From NCBI RefSeq assembly GCF_001194135.2, contig NC_068988.1:2744690-2808689 (forward strand): DNA of 64,000 nt, in the 5' to 3' direction. Positions 12,601 through 24,453 of this stretch are shown piece by piece. The stretch comes from Octopus bimaculoides (lineage: Eukaryota). Below the pieces are notes generated by a model. That model was not told the origin of the DNA and did no database searches. It was given only the letters and a program-made list of their open reading frames with translations. The position numbers were made by a program, and so were the translations under genes. The stretch's first letter is position 1. The number at the start of each line of letters is the position of its first letter.

Positions 12601-13196
12601 GACCCTGCAGCCACCATTAACTTTTCCACTGACAATGAGGCCCTCCTCCTCTTCCTCATCCTCCTCTCGCCCGTCCTCTTCTTCCTTTTCCTTGATGTAT
12701 CAAGCAAACATCTGTTTCCATTGTGTGTGTATCGTGTGATTACGACTGAGTCGGAATTGTTGTGAAATGATTTGCAGCTGCACTCTTCTGGCACCATTAT
12801 CTCCTTCTGCTTTTAACACTATCGAATCTCTTTTGTGTTCTAACAGAGTTTCCAAAGAAGAAGGCAGGAACTTTTTACACTCAGAGGTGAGTAAGCATCA
12901 CTTGTCACCAGTCGGTGGCACATCCACCCGCAAAACCATAATGACTTAATCACTATTTAGACATCACAGCTACTCACACACACATACACACACACACATG
13001 CTTAGATTCTTTTATTCTTTTACTCTTATCAATCATGTGACTGTGGCCATGCTGGAGTGCGATCTGTGTGTCAAACAAATTGACTCCAGGACTTATACTT
13101 TAATCTTGGTACTTATCCTGTTGGTGTCAAGCTGTGATGAAGGAACAAACACAGATGCAAAGACACACACACACACACACACACATAAACATATAC

Positions 13197-13232
<36 letters not shown>

Positions 13233-13472
13233 NNNNNNNNNNNNNNNNNNNNNNNNNNNNNNNNNNNNNNNNNNNNNNNNNNNNNNNNNNNNNNNNNNNN
13301 NNNNNNNNNNNNNNNNNNNNNNNNNNNNNNNNNNNNNNNNNNNNNNNNNNNNNNNNNNNNNNNNNNNNNNNNNNNNNNNNNNNNNNNNNNNNNNNNNNNN
13401 NNNNNNNNNNNNNNNNNNNNNNNNNNNNNNNNNNNNNNNNNNNNNNNNNNNNNNNNNNNNNNNNNNNNNNNN

Positions 13473-13876
13473 GCCACCCCTCCACATATCAAATGACTCC
13501 CTAACCTGGCTGAGAGAGCGATTTCAGGAGAGACTGATCAGCAGGAAGTGTGAGGTTGAGTGGCCACCCCATTCACCAGACTTGAACCCCCCCCCGCCCA
13601 AATTTTTATATGTGGGGGTATCTCAAGGATGATGTTTACCAGAAGAACCCTCAAACGGTTGGTGAAATGACGGCAGCAACCACAGCAGAAATCAGGGAAA
13701 TCCCCAAAGAGGAACGAGTAAATGACAATTTTGCATGACGTATGCAAGTGTTTGTGCAATGTATGCCATTTGGAGCATATTTTGAAAAGAACATGACTTT
13801 TATGCAAAGGGATTGAGTGTACACAGACCAAAGATTAAGTCCAGCAAATTACAAGAAATTTGCTCGACCTTTGTAG
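13473..13876 (+). mobile_element. Tc1/mariner-superfamily transposase C-terminal fragment and probable right end
   Basis: ATPH.SNDSLTWLRERFQERLISRKCEVEWPPHSPDLNP..FYMWGYLKDDVYQKNPQT...HLEHIL with frameshifts and a stop; ends near gctcgacctttgTA; 5' part lost in a gap. Confidence 0.9.
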
Positions 13877-14629
13877 GATTTAATAAAACTTTTATGGGTT
13901 CTGTGATGATGGCTGAAGGAAAAGATAACTCCTATCAAAACTGGCCAAAATATTCACTGGAAAGGTTCTACAGAAAACAAGGAACTGGTTCTGAGACATG
14001 GTTTTATCCAAATGATAGATTATGGAATATCAAACTGGTTAAGTAATAGAAAACACAAGAGAAGCGAAGCAATTTTGAAAACGTTCTTTATTTAAGAAAT
14101 GTTCATTCCAAATTTAGATCTCTTGATTTCCCATCTCTGCCATTCCAAATGGCTTAGTCTCTAACAGAATATCTGTCTATTCTGAGTTTTACATTATTTT
14201 TCTGTTTTAATTCTTTAAGTTTTATTTTGGAAAGGCTCCAAAGATAGACAAGTAAATCCAGTCTAAATGCCCTCCCACCACTCCTCCAACACCACTTACA
14301 AAGCAGCCTGTCATAGAGTTCTTTCTAAGCAGAGATTTAAGGTGAATCCTTATCTAACCTTGACAGCCCACATGAATTGTTTGTCAAATATAATATAAAC
14401 TATTCATACATGTATCTTCAACTCCAATGGCTTTGTACAGATTTTGGTGTCTAAATATGGATTCTATTTATTTATATTTCTGAAATTCTTATCGAATGGT
14501 TCTGTAATAGACTCATTAAGAGATGAGACTGTGTTCCTGTATTCCACCCCTTTAATTCTTTAGTTTAACAGAAATCACGATTATTTTTAGCAGCCTTATT
14601 TACCATCCACCCAAACATATATCAAGAGT

Positions 14630-15000
14630 TATTATAGATCAAAATCAAAATCAAATGGAAATTGTAGTTGTGATCCCCATGCTGGTGGCACGTAAAAAGC
14701 ACCAACCAATTGTAGTTGTTGCCAGCCTTCTCTGGCCCCTGTGCCGGTGGTACATAAAAAGCACCAACCAATCATGGTCGTTGCCAGCCTGCAATAGCCC
14801 CTGTGCTGGTGGCATTTAAAAAGCACCCACTACACTCTCAGAGTTGTTGGTGTTAGGAAGGGCATCCAGTTGTAGAAACATTGCCAGATCAGACTGGAAC
14901 CTGGTGCAGCCTCCTGGCTTCCCAGACCCCAATCAAACCGTCCAACCCATGCCAGCATGGAAAACGGACGTTAAACGATGATAATGATGATGATGATGAT
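14630..15000 (+). mobile_element. RTE-3'UTR-related short element (family D) with three roughly 60-nt internal repeats
   Basis: gtg.cggtggca..taaaaagcacc x3, then ttaggaagggcatccag.tgtagaaac...ccatgccagcatggaaaacggacgttaaacgatga; tail matches 9690-9827. Confidence 0.85.
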
Positions 15001-15059
15001 ATATTTTTACAAAGAAAGGTGCAAACCCTCATCCTGGGTTGCGCAAGCATGACTTGCTT

Positions 15060-15757
15060 TATGATGGCCAACAGCCTGAGGAGAAACTTGGAGTGAAGTT
15101 GGGAAGTTGGAATGTGGGCAGTCTGTGTGGAAGGGGCACTGAGGTGTGTGAGGAATTCAGGAAGATGAGGGTGGATGTGTGTAGGAAGTTAGGTGGAGGG
15201 TCCAGGGTGTAAGATTTGTGGGGGTCAATGGAAGAATGTACAAGTTGTAGTGGTTGAGAAATAGCGAGGGGACTGGAGTTGTGTGAGAGCCGCAATGCTG
15301 TATGGGAGTGAGACTTGGTGTCTGAGGGAGAGAGAGATAGCAACTTTGAGAAGGACTGAGAGAGCAATGGTGAGAGAAATGCGTGGGGTGAGGCTGTTTG
15401 ATAGGAGGAGGACTGAGGACTTGATGGGGATGCTGGGGTTGGAGGAACCAGTGGAATGGCTGGGAAGGGTGAATGGAGTGCAGTGGTATGGGCATGTGTT
15501 GAGGAGGGACGAAGAGCATGTTCTGAGGAGGGTGCTAGAATTTGAGGTAAATGAACCGCGAAAGCAAGGTAGACTGAGGAAAAGGTGGAGGAGGAGATTG
15601 GGAGCGTTGGTTTGAGAAGGGAGGATGCCCAAAACTGGGCTAGCTGGTGAGATGGTGTGAGGGTGGTTGCTACGGTATTGAGGTAGATCCGTCCACCCCT
15701 ATTAACAGAGGCAAAACCCGGATTTAAAACACTGGATGATGATGATGATGATGATGA
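15060..15757 (+). mobile_element. Second RTE-clade LINE family, 3' fragment
   Basis: RAAMLYGSETWCLREREIATLRRTERAMVREMRGV...QWYGHVLRRDEEHVLRRVLEFEV...RKQGRLRKRW is a classic RTE C-terminus; (GAT)n tail. Confidence 0.92.
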
Positions 15758-16089
15758 TCGTATATATATATATATATATATATATAATATCCAGGTTGGT
15801 ACTGTTCAAGCACTCTGTTAAAATCCAAGTTATGGCTAACCACATTACAGTATTGGGAACAACCAAGGATTATTCCCAGTAAAACAATCTCAATGTATTT
15901 CATCCAAAGGTTAAATCCTGGATTCACTTCTTTGGATTTTAAATAGTTTGTAGAGTGTATCCAAGAAAATTCAAATAAATAAGTAGAATAATACATCTAC
16001 ACATATTTTATTGTTACAGTCAATTATGCAGCATCTTTAATTTAAATCTGACCAATATGTGTTTCTGCTGCATGTCGCTGTGATATTTA

Positions 16090-16438
16090 CTTCATTAAAA
16101 AACTTTTTTTAAGGGAATATTTTGAATGATTTTCTGTGGATGTGTGCACATGTTAGGGCAGATTCCTTATTGCTATTTAATAACTGGTATTTAGATGCGA
16201 AAACAGAATATTTCTTCCAGACATAAACTGCATTTCTTACCTCCAAATAGAAGTTAATAGGCAGGGCAGAGCCGTATGCAATCAGAGTTAAGAAAGGCAA
16301 ATTATGTCTGGAAGAAATATTCTGTTTCTGCATCTAAATACCAGTTATTTAATAGCAATAAGGAATCAGCCCTAAAATGTGCACACATCCACAGAAAATC
16401 ATTCAAAATACTTCCCTAAAAAAGACTTTTGATTAAGA
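16090..16438. repeat. Long foldback: arms about 16098-16226 and 16302-16430, spacer about 75 nt
   Basis: Arms are near-identical reverse complements (e.g. tattttgaatgattttctgtggatgtgtgcaca / tgtgcacacatccacagaaaatcattcaaaata). Confidence 0.95.
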
Positions 16439-17109
16439 AAATACGACAAAGGTTGGTAGTGCTAGAGTTTGCATGGTAAATATTAGTGCAATAATCTAAT
16501 TTGCCTTTATTCTTGTAGTAATCCTTCTCCAAGTATTCTTCATATGTAAAACTTCACATATGAAATAATTCTTTGTTCTGTATTCTATATCTTGGAGAAT
16601 GGTTTTACAAATGTAAATTCCTTTTCATTTTGTGACCCTTAATTGTACACATCTGTCTCTGTAATATTTTCCTTTAAGGCCAGGGGACAAAATATACTCT
16701 GACCCAGTTTAGGATCTGGTATTCTTGATTTGAATTCCATACCTTAGGGTCATCCTGATAACCATTTTTATAGTTGTATCAGGATTCTAAATGTTGCTCT
16801 TTAATTCTTTGCACTCAAACAGTACCGTTCCCAACCAAATATGATACCACCTGAACCAACATATTTTTAGTTCACTTCAAACTACAGTAGTGTGCATCAC
16901 TTTGAATAAAGATGCATAGACTCATCTTTAACCAGAAGAACTGGATGCAAATAAAGGCCACATTGTAAGACATCATCCATGTAGCAGAAACATGCTTAGG
17001 ACAGATTTAAATTAAATATACAATATAATCGACTGTTATAATAAANNNNNNNNNNNNNNNNNNNNNNNNNNNNNNNNNNNNNNNTATATATATATATATA
17101 TATATTGTG

Positions 17110-17235
17110 GTGCTGTCATCGAATTTGATTTCGATTTCACTTGCCTCAACAGGTCTTCGCAAGCAAAGTTTATTGTCCAATCAATGAGGGGTACTCATAA
17201 GTGGGCTGGTTACACCCACTGGCATAGGCCACTTG
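17110..17235 (-). mobile_element. RTE-3'UTR-related (family D) fragment
   Basis: cgatttcacttgcctcaacaggtcttcgcaagc is the reverse of the gcttgtgaagacctgtc...gtgaaatc motif at 9451-9482. Confidence 0.6.
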
Positions 17236-17417
17236 GCTTGCTGGGTCTTCTGACAAGGCAAATTTTCATTAATGACTTTTGTTAAGATTATTCTGTATTT
17301 GAATAAAATATCTCGGTTAAGTCAAAATACCAATTTCAGAAAATAGTCATCTATTGCACTCCTCCTCCTTCCCCTCGCTGCCGCCGCCACTACCAGCACC
17401 ACCATAGCCGCTGCCAT

Positions 17418-17565
17418 CATCATCATTGCTTAGCGTATGTCTTCCATGCTGGCATCTGTTGGATGGCTTTACAGGGCATGACAAACCAGAGAACTGCATC
17501 AAGCTCCAACGTCTGCCTTTGACATGGTTCCTACAGCAAGATGCCTTTCCTAATGCCAACCACTT
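17418..17565 (-). mobile_element. Family D 3' end
   Basis: catcatcattgcttagcgt...ttccatgctggca...ctacagcaagatgcctttcctaatgccaaccac. Confidence 0.8.
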
Positions 17566-17666
17566 AAGGAAGGAAAGAAAGAAACAAACAAACAAAGAAA
17601 GGAAGAGAAACAGACAGAAAGAAAGAAAAAACAGACAGAAAGAAAGAAAGAAAGAAAGAAAGAAAT

Positions 17667-17695
<29 letters not shown>
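17566..17695. repeat. (AAAG)n microsatellite
   Basis: Direct reading. Confidence 0.95.
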
Positions 17696-17698
<3 letters not shown>

Positions 17699-18295
17699 CT
17701 TTAACACTCTCTGTCAAATTTTTTCTAACATTGATGGCAAACTGAAGATCTTGAGGATCCAGTTTCAAATCCTGATGTGACTTTAACGTATTTCCTTTCT
17801 TCTATTTGTCACTCCAAGGCTTCATGTTCAGTTAAGAACACATTATTATTATTATATTCCATTCCTTACCAACATTCATAGTCTTTACTCATATGGTATC
17901 TCTACAGACTTTGTGATGGTTATATCATGAAGATTCTTCAAAGAAGATCTCAAAGTTAAGGTGGGAAATAGTCAAATAGTGAAATGAAAGACAATACTGA
18001 TATTATGCCAAGTTGTCTGTAATTCTGTGGATTTCTAGAACCATTCCACAGTTTAAAGCTGGCTCACTAATAAAATCATCTTTTGTGTGCAAGTTAAGCG
18101 AATAATTAAGATATTTCTGCTGGTCTTACCAATATTAGGGGTGTCCGTCAACTGATAGTAATTGTATTTATGTCGATACACTTGAATGATTTACAAACAC
18201 ACACTAATCACATGAATGGTGTTTCTCATTCTCTCTGTCTCTTGCTGTCTCTTTCACTCTCTATTTTTATCTATGTATGTCTTCCTTATATTTAC

Positions 18296-18450
18296 AGTTA
18301 TGAGCATTGCTCTGCGGTGAGAGGTTTGCTCCCAAACTACATGGTTCTGGGTTCAGTGGTACCATGGACAAATGGTTTCTACTATAGCCTGGGGCCATCC
18401 AAAATTTTGTGAATTAATTTGGCAGATAGAAACTGAAAGAAGCTCATCAT
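18296..18450 (+). mobile_element. tRNA-SINE family A, 5' part
   Basis: gtggtgagaggtttgctcccaaactacatggttctgggttcagt...ctactatagcctggggcc...gaaactgaaagaagc. Confidence 0.75.
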
Positions 18451-18503
18451 GTGTGTGTGGTTTTCTCAGGCATGACACAATGCCAAAGGTTTCAATCATT
18501 ACC

Positions 18504-18730
18504 TCTGTGAGGCCCAACACTCGAAAGGAACTCAGTCACTTCACATCTGTGAGACTCAGTGCTTGAAAGGAACTCAGTCACTTTGCCTCTGTGAGGCCCA
18601 ACACTCGAAAGGAACTCAGTCACTTCACGTCTGTGAGACTCAGTGCTTGAAAGGAACTCAGTCACTTTGCCTCCAGGAAGCCCAGTGCTTGAAAGAAACC
18701 CAGCCACTGAGGCTCAATGCTTGAATGATG
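18504..18730. repeat. 42-bp minisatellite with A-B-A-B higher-order structure
   Basis: Units start at 18504, 18546, 18588, 18630 and 18672; A=tctgtgaggcccaacactcgaaaggaactcagtcacttcac., B=tctgtgagactcagtgcttgaaaggaactcagtcactttgcc. Confidence 0.95.
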
Positions 18731-18880
18731 CTCTATATGTTCCACTGGCATGAGTGCCATTTATGTGGCACCAACATCAACCATAACTACGATTTCACTT
18801 GGCTTGACAGGTCTTCTCAACCACAGCATATGATCATTGCCTCTGTGAGGCTCAAAGTTCGAAGATCATGATTCACCAAA
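18731..18880 (-). mobile_element. RTE 3' UTR fragment
   Basis: cgatttcacttggcttgacaggtcttctcaa...cattgcctctgtgaggctc is the reverse of motifs at 9550-9640. Confidence 0.65.
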
Positions 18881-19894
18881 ATTTACACATCTGATTGCAA
18901 AGTTCTTCATGCATGAATAAATTCTGAATAATAATACAATCCCAAATTTAATTAACAAAAGATGTTTTTTATAAAATTTCTCCATCACAACCTAATTATC
19001 TGTCCATATATATTAGCTCCATCTGTCTCAGAATATTTCAACTGAACAATGACTAGAAAAGCTAAGATGAACTCAAATGTACCACAATCCTATGTTAGAG
19101 AAGCTGGCTGAAACTTCAAAGTCACTGTTGATACTATTCTTGCTAAAGAAGAATAAATTTGAATTCTACAAATGTATTCAGGAATCCTTCAGTGTAATGT
19201 AAAATTATTTTCATGAGAACTTAACATACAGACAAACATTAATATGTGTGTGTGTCTGTGTGTGTGTGTGTATAGATATATATATATAAATAAATATAGA
19301 TGATAAAGTTATAGATAAATAGATAGATAGACAGCGAGATACAGACCTATATACATATTATGGAAGCAATCTATGGCAGTTGAATATTTATTTATTCAAA
19401 ATCAATAAATCATATTTATCATTTGCATTTGATTGAAACATGCTTAAAATATTGGAACAAATTTGTTTTTATTTTATTTTCCTGCCATTTCTCATCTATT
19501 TAATGATTTAATTCTATTTCCTGTTGCCTTTATGGGGTGTGCCAACAAATGCCAGTTGAAGATAAGTCAAATATTTCGATACAAGGTGAGTTTACAATGA
19601 TATCTTTTCCTAATAATGCTGATTGAAATGATAGCACAGTTATAAAAATAATCCAATTTTCCAGTCCAATTATATGTATTATGGCTATGCCTGTGTCTCT
19701 AATTTACCTGTTTCATTGTTGTAGGTAGTTACAAGTAAATCTTCTAATACCATATATTATAGGAGCTTAATGGAGAAACTTTCTAATAGAGTCACTTGGC
19801 ATGAAATCGCTTCAATATAATTCTGGACTTTTAATCAATGAAGTCAGGAAGATTCCATATATATGTAAATCCCATAAGATACATTTGATCCTTC

Positions 19895-19935
<41 letters not shown>

Positions 19936-20021
19936 TTTGTGAGTGTGTGTGTATATGTACACTGTGTGTATATATATATATATACATATATATATGTATA
20001 CATATGTATATATAAATATAT

Positions 20022-20065
<44 letters not shown>

Positions 20066-20315
20066 AATATGTATATATGTATATATAAATATATAATATA
20101 TAATNNNNNNNNNNNNNNNNNNNNNNNNNNNNNNNNNNNNNNNNNNNNNNNNNNNNNNNNNNNNNNNNNNNNNNNNNNNNNNNNNNNNNNNNNNNNNNNN
20201 TATGTATGTATGTATATGTATGTATGTATATGTATATATAAATACATACATCCATGCATACATAGATCGTATGCTTTCATGTATACTAGCAAAGTCATTG
20301 CTAGAAAGAATCATT

Positions 20316-20530
20316 GTATTGAGTCATTGTTGATGCAATGTGAGTCCCTAGTCTGACTCTTGAGTTTGGCAAAAAATCTGCACATTCTGTTGCATAATGC
20401 ACAACTGCGCTGACTGGCAGAGGGAATAGGTGCCAGAACATGAACTCTTTGGACATGCTTTTTCAGTCCTCCATCTGAAAGGCGCATCTTTCCACAAGCT
20501 GCACATGTTCTGTTGTGAACACTAACCATA
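20316..20530 (-). pseudogene. Two C2H2-like motifs, probably the Zn-finger-like C-terminus of an RTE element
   Basis: CAACGKMRLSDGGLKKHVQRVH and degenerate CALCNRMCRFFAKLKSQTRDSH; no TGEKP linker. Confidence 0.45.
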
Positions 20531-20619
20531 TCACAAATTACGAGGGGTTAATCCCTGAGAGTTCTCTGACTGATAGATACATGCATACATAGATACACAT
20601 ACGTACATATGACTGGCAT

Positions 20620-20930
20620 TCTGTTGATTACAACGACAAGAGTTCCTGTTGATCTGATCAACAGAACAGCCTGCTTGCAAAATTAACGTGCATGTGGCTG
20701 AGAAAACCACAGACATGTGTACCCTTGATGTAGTTTGCAGGGAGATTCAGCATAATACAGAATATGATAAGGTTGGCACTATGAATTACAGGTACAACTC
20801 ATTTTTGCCAGCTGAGAGAACTGGAGCAATGTGAAATAAAGTGTCCTGCTCATGGACACAATGCATTGCCGGGAATCGAACTCATGAGTTTGTGGTCATG
20901 AGTTAAATACCCTAACCTCTAAGTCACTGT
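20620..20930 (-). mobile_element. tRNA-SINE family C
   Basis: gttgatctgatcaacagaacagcctgc...tttttgccagctgag...ctggagcaatgtgaaataaagtgt...gggaatcgaactc (reverse B-box). Confidence 0.85.
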
Positions 20931-21062
20931 AGTTGGTTCTAGGAAGGGCATCCAGCTGTAGAAATTAGGCCAAAACTGACAGTTGGAATCTGGACAGCTC
21001 CTCTCAAACTATCCAACCCATGCCAGCAGGCAAAACAAACATTAAACAATGATGATGATGAT
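20931..21062 (+). mobile_element. Family D 3' end
   Basis: taggaagggcatccagctgtagaaa...ccaacccatgccagca...ttaaacaatgatgatgatg. Confidence 0.85.
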
Positions 21063-21319
21063 GGTAGTCTCTGTTGTACTTCTCATGAAGGAAAATGGAA
21101 GCATTATGAAGAAATTCTCACTTTGAACCAATTTCAGGAATATCATGTAGACACTTTTTTTTTATTAAACCTTGATTCATTTGAGGCCCCTAGAAATATA
21201 AGCTGGAGCCCTTCCTTCAAGACATTTAGTTGTACGAATCAACCACCAGCATCCATTTTTTTTTTAAAGCCTGTTTCCTATTCCATCAGTCTCTTTTGTC
21301 AATCTGCTAAGTTCCAGAG

Positions 21320-21357
21320 GACATAAGCACACCAACACCGGTTGTCAAGAAGTGGAA

Positions 21358-21405
<48 letters not shown>

Positions 21406-21550
21406 CACGCACACACAACTGGCTTATTTCAGTTCCTGTCTACCAGCTCTTCAGTTGGCCTCACATTATAGTTGAAGACACTTGCCCAAGGTTCCACACA
21501 GTGGGACTGAACCTAGAACCATGTGGTTAGGAAGCAGACTTCTTACCACG
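21320..21550 (-). mobile_element. tRNA-SINE family A with internal (CA)n
   Basis: gaagacacttgcccaaggttccacacagtgggactgaacc...accatgtggttaggaagc. Confidence 0.85.
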
Positions 21551-21841
21551 CATACCGACAAGAGATAAATAGAGAAAAGCAAAGTAATTATTGCATGATT
21601 TTTAATAAAATTCGTGGACCGGATTTGGTCAGGGACAAGAGTTTGCTGACTCCTGATATAACTCATTACTGGAACCACCACCATCATCACTGATTTTATT
21701 GTCCCAGAAATGAGATTCCTAGAATTTCAAGCAGTAAAATAATCGTTTATATCAGTTCAGTGCTTAACCAACCATAAATTATATTGCTTCCTACTACAAA
21801 GTGAGAAGGTCATGTTGATAAATATGTATATAGTCCTTTGC

Positions 21842-22045
21842 TTGTTTAATGTGCTGCTTAAACAATCAATCAGTGGTTTGTTAGTCAAAGTTCTTTTGTT
21901 GCTGTTTTCAACCTTTTCAGTGGCTGAGTGACTTTCCCCTCTCCCTTGGAGGTCTGCTCTGAGCCACTGAAAAGGTTGCAAAGGGCAATGAAAGAACTTT
22001 GATTAACAAGCAGCTGAGTGATTGTCTCACCAACACATTAAACAA
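21842..22045. repeat. Foldback element, arms about 87 bp, spacer about 30 nt (MITE-like)
   Basis: ttgtttaatgtg...tcaaagttcttt...caaccttttcagtggct versus agccactgaaaaggttg...aaagaactttga...cacattaaacaa; related single arm at 57491-57560. Confidence 0.85.
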
Positions 22046-22699
22046 ACGATCGATTAATTAGTTGGTTAGATAAATAGTTATTACTTATAGCGAAACACAC
22101 TAAGCCAGTCAGGGCTAAATCGAACTGGATCTCATTGGTGACATGATAGAAATGATAGAGGCATGGATGGCCTAGTCTAGCACCCTACTGATTCAGACAT
22201 TTAGGGCATCTCCAAGAACACCTTGTGTCAAATAAACATACCTCTGATTAGAAAGTTAGAATCATTTTGCTGTTAATATTTATTGTCAACCATCACAGGT
22301 TGCTCTTGAATTTTTTCGTAATAAACATTGTACAGACATTTCAGTAAACATTAAGTTCCATTGCTCTCTTCATATTTATGTTTAAATGTTTGATTTTACA
22401 CAAACACCCTTTAAAACATTTATCAAACTGATGTAATTTGTTTCAATATACAAGGTAAAGATATTGTCCATGTTAACTGGGATTGTTTCTGCTTTTATTT
22501 TGTCTCTTTGTCAGCCAATAAACCTTTATCTCTGGAGTATAGCACAAGCTAACAGCATCTCCATTATTAAAATAATGATAATAAACAAGACATTAATATC
22601 TAAAGTAACAGCATAAACTGGATCACCAAGATCTAATTCTGATATGAGCTAAAGTTTTTCCCTTCTTCAGTAAAATGACAATCATGAGCAAGTTAAATC

Positions 22700-22860
22700 T
22701 TCCACTTTTTATCCTTTACTTGTTTCAGTCATTAGACTGCAGCCAAGTTGTGGCACCACCTGCAAGAATTTTGGTCAAACAAACCGGTCTCTGTGCTTAT
22801 TCTTCAGTCTGGTACTTATTCTATCAGTCTCTCTTGTCAAAGATAACTGTAAGTTTTGTC
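22700..22860 (-). mobile_element. tRNA-SINE family A, 3' part
   Basis: tttacttgtttcagtcattagactgcagcc...ggtacttattctatcagtctctcttgtc. Confidence 0.75.
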
Positions 22861-22939
22861 AGCAAAAATTTGATGTAGTATATTAAATAAACCAGTCATA
22901 AAAACTTTCAAGAGAGCAAAACAGATTAAGTGTTGCTTA

Positions 22940-23250
22940 TTGAAGCTCTTCACTCCTAGTGCAGCATAGGTCATCAACGACTTTTCCCTCTGTTCTTGAC
23001 TCAGGGCTGGCTTCCCCTCCCAGGTGTTGTTGCTTTAGGATTGTCATTGAGGCTTTGGTAACTTTTGTTTTTTTCTAGGTAGGGGTAATGACCCTACACA
23101 AACCAATTTTTAACTCTGGGAGGAAGTGGTCCATATTAGTCTGGCCTCTAACCTTTGGCCTATCCAGCATGGGAGGCTCTGCTGGAGCTTTTTGCTGGCA
23201 TAGCTCTCAGAGACATTGAGGCATGCAAACCACAACACCACAACTAGGAC
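22940..23250 (-). mobile_element. RTE-derived non-coding remnant (UTR-like)
   Basis: Reverse gtcgttgatgacctatgctgcactaggagtgaagagc resembles an RTE 3' end; ggcatagctctcagagacattgaggcatgcaaacc resembles RTE 5'-UTR sequence (recalled similarity). Confidence 0.45.
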
Positions 23251-24371
23251 TGGACCTTTTGGTGGAATTTAAGTATAGACTTGGTGAATATTAGAAGACC
23301 ATTCAAACTGAAACAGATTCCAAATGTAAAATGGGTGCATTTACAGGCAGCATTTAATGTGTAGAACATTTGAATTGGAAATAAAGCAGTATTTATGGAC
23401 TTTCAATATCAGATATAAATATCTATAAAGTAAGATTACAATAAGAACCAAAATATTTACTGGTGGAATCGTTAAAGCTTTGAACAAGATGCTAGCAATA
23501 TGTAGTCATGAGCTTCTTTTATTCTTAGCTGAACTCTTGCCAAGGTCAGTTTTGCTGTTCATCCCTCTGTGGGGCCAACAAAATAAGATGCTAACAAAGT
23601 AATGGAAATTATTCTTTTAATGCATCTTTGATGTGAATTGGAATTATAAGAAATGGGTGGAAGAAAGCTGTTTCTTACTGATTTTTAAAAATATTTTGAT
23701 TTTTGAGTTTCTTGAAAGGAATAAACAAGTCGTGTTATCTTAGAGACATAATTGTTCTTACTCGGTGTGGATTGAGTGGTGGTAAGTTGAGCAACAGTTG
23801 AAAGGAAACAAAGAAATTATGTAAACAGCTCTCTCTGTTTGCAACAAAGTATTCCTCGCTAGATATGAGAGAGAGAACGTCAATAATGTACAAGAAGGGT
23901 GGTGCTGTATTTCAGTAATCAACAATCGTTGAGCCAGATCAACAGCAACCGCTGTAGGTTGTGCAATATTGCAATAACTGGCAACAAAGGTTGAACACAA
24001 ATTAATTGAGAAAACAGCTGTGTATGTCGAATGTAGTAGCATATGATGTGAAGGACTGATAATTAGTGAAGGGGGTGGGTGGGGGAAATGTGTTGTGAAT
24101 TGATGACCAGAAAAACACAGGAACCCACAGATAAGAATAATAGGAAAGAAAGTAATTAGATCGGATCTGAGAACCTTGCTTGTGTTAGATAAGATACCAC
24201 AGAATGTTGAATGTGGGGAAAATTAACTTTAAAATGATTGTTTGAAACGTGTATTGCCTTCTGCAGCAAGAATGTGTGTCAGCACGTGTGTGTGTATGTG
24301 GGTGTGTGTGTATGTGGGTGTGTGTGTGTGAGCACATATGTGTATATGTCTGTGTGCATAGGCACATGTCC

Positions 24372-24411
<40 letters not shown>

Positions 24412-24453
24412 TGCAAATAAATATACTTTACAATATTGAACTCTCTAACTTCT

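Noticed and set aside
7352-13504. Long ORFs (200-350 aa) in the ORF track
   Set aside because: They are runs of X across assembly gaps plus (TA)/(CA) microsatellite translations.
16930-17000. Minus-strand CYMDDVL, a possible RT YxDD motif
   Set aside because: No flanking RT motifs were recognisable; probably chance.
18504-18730. CRISPR-like regularly spaced repeats
   Set aside because: The units are contiguous, the variable parts alternate A/B rather than being unique spacers, there are no cas genes, and the context is eukaryotic.
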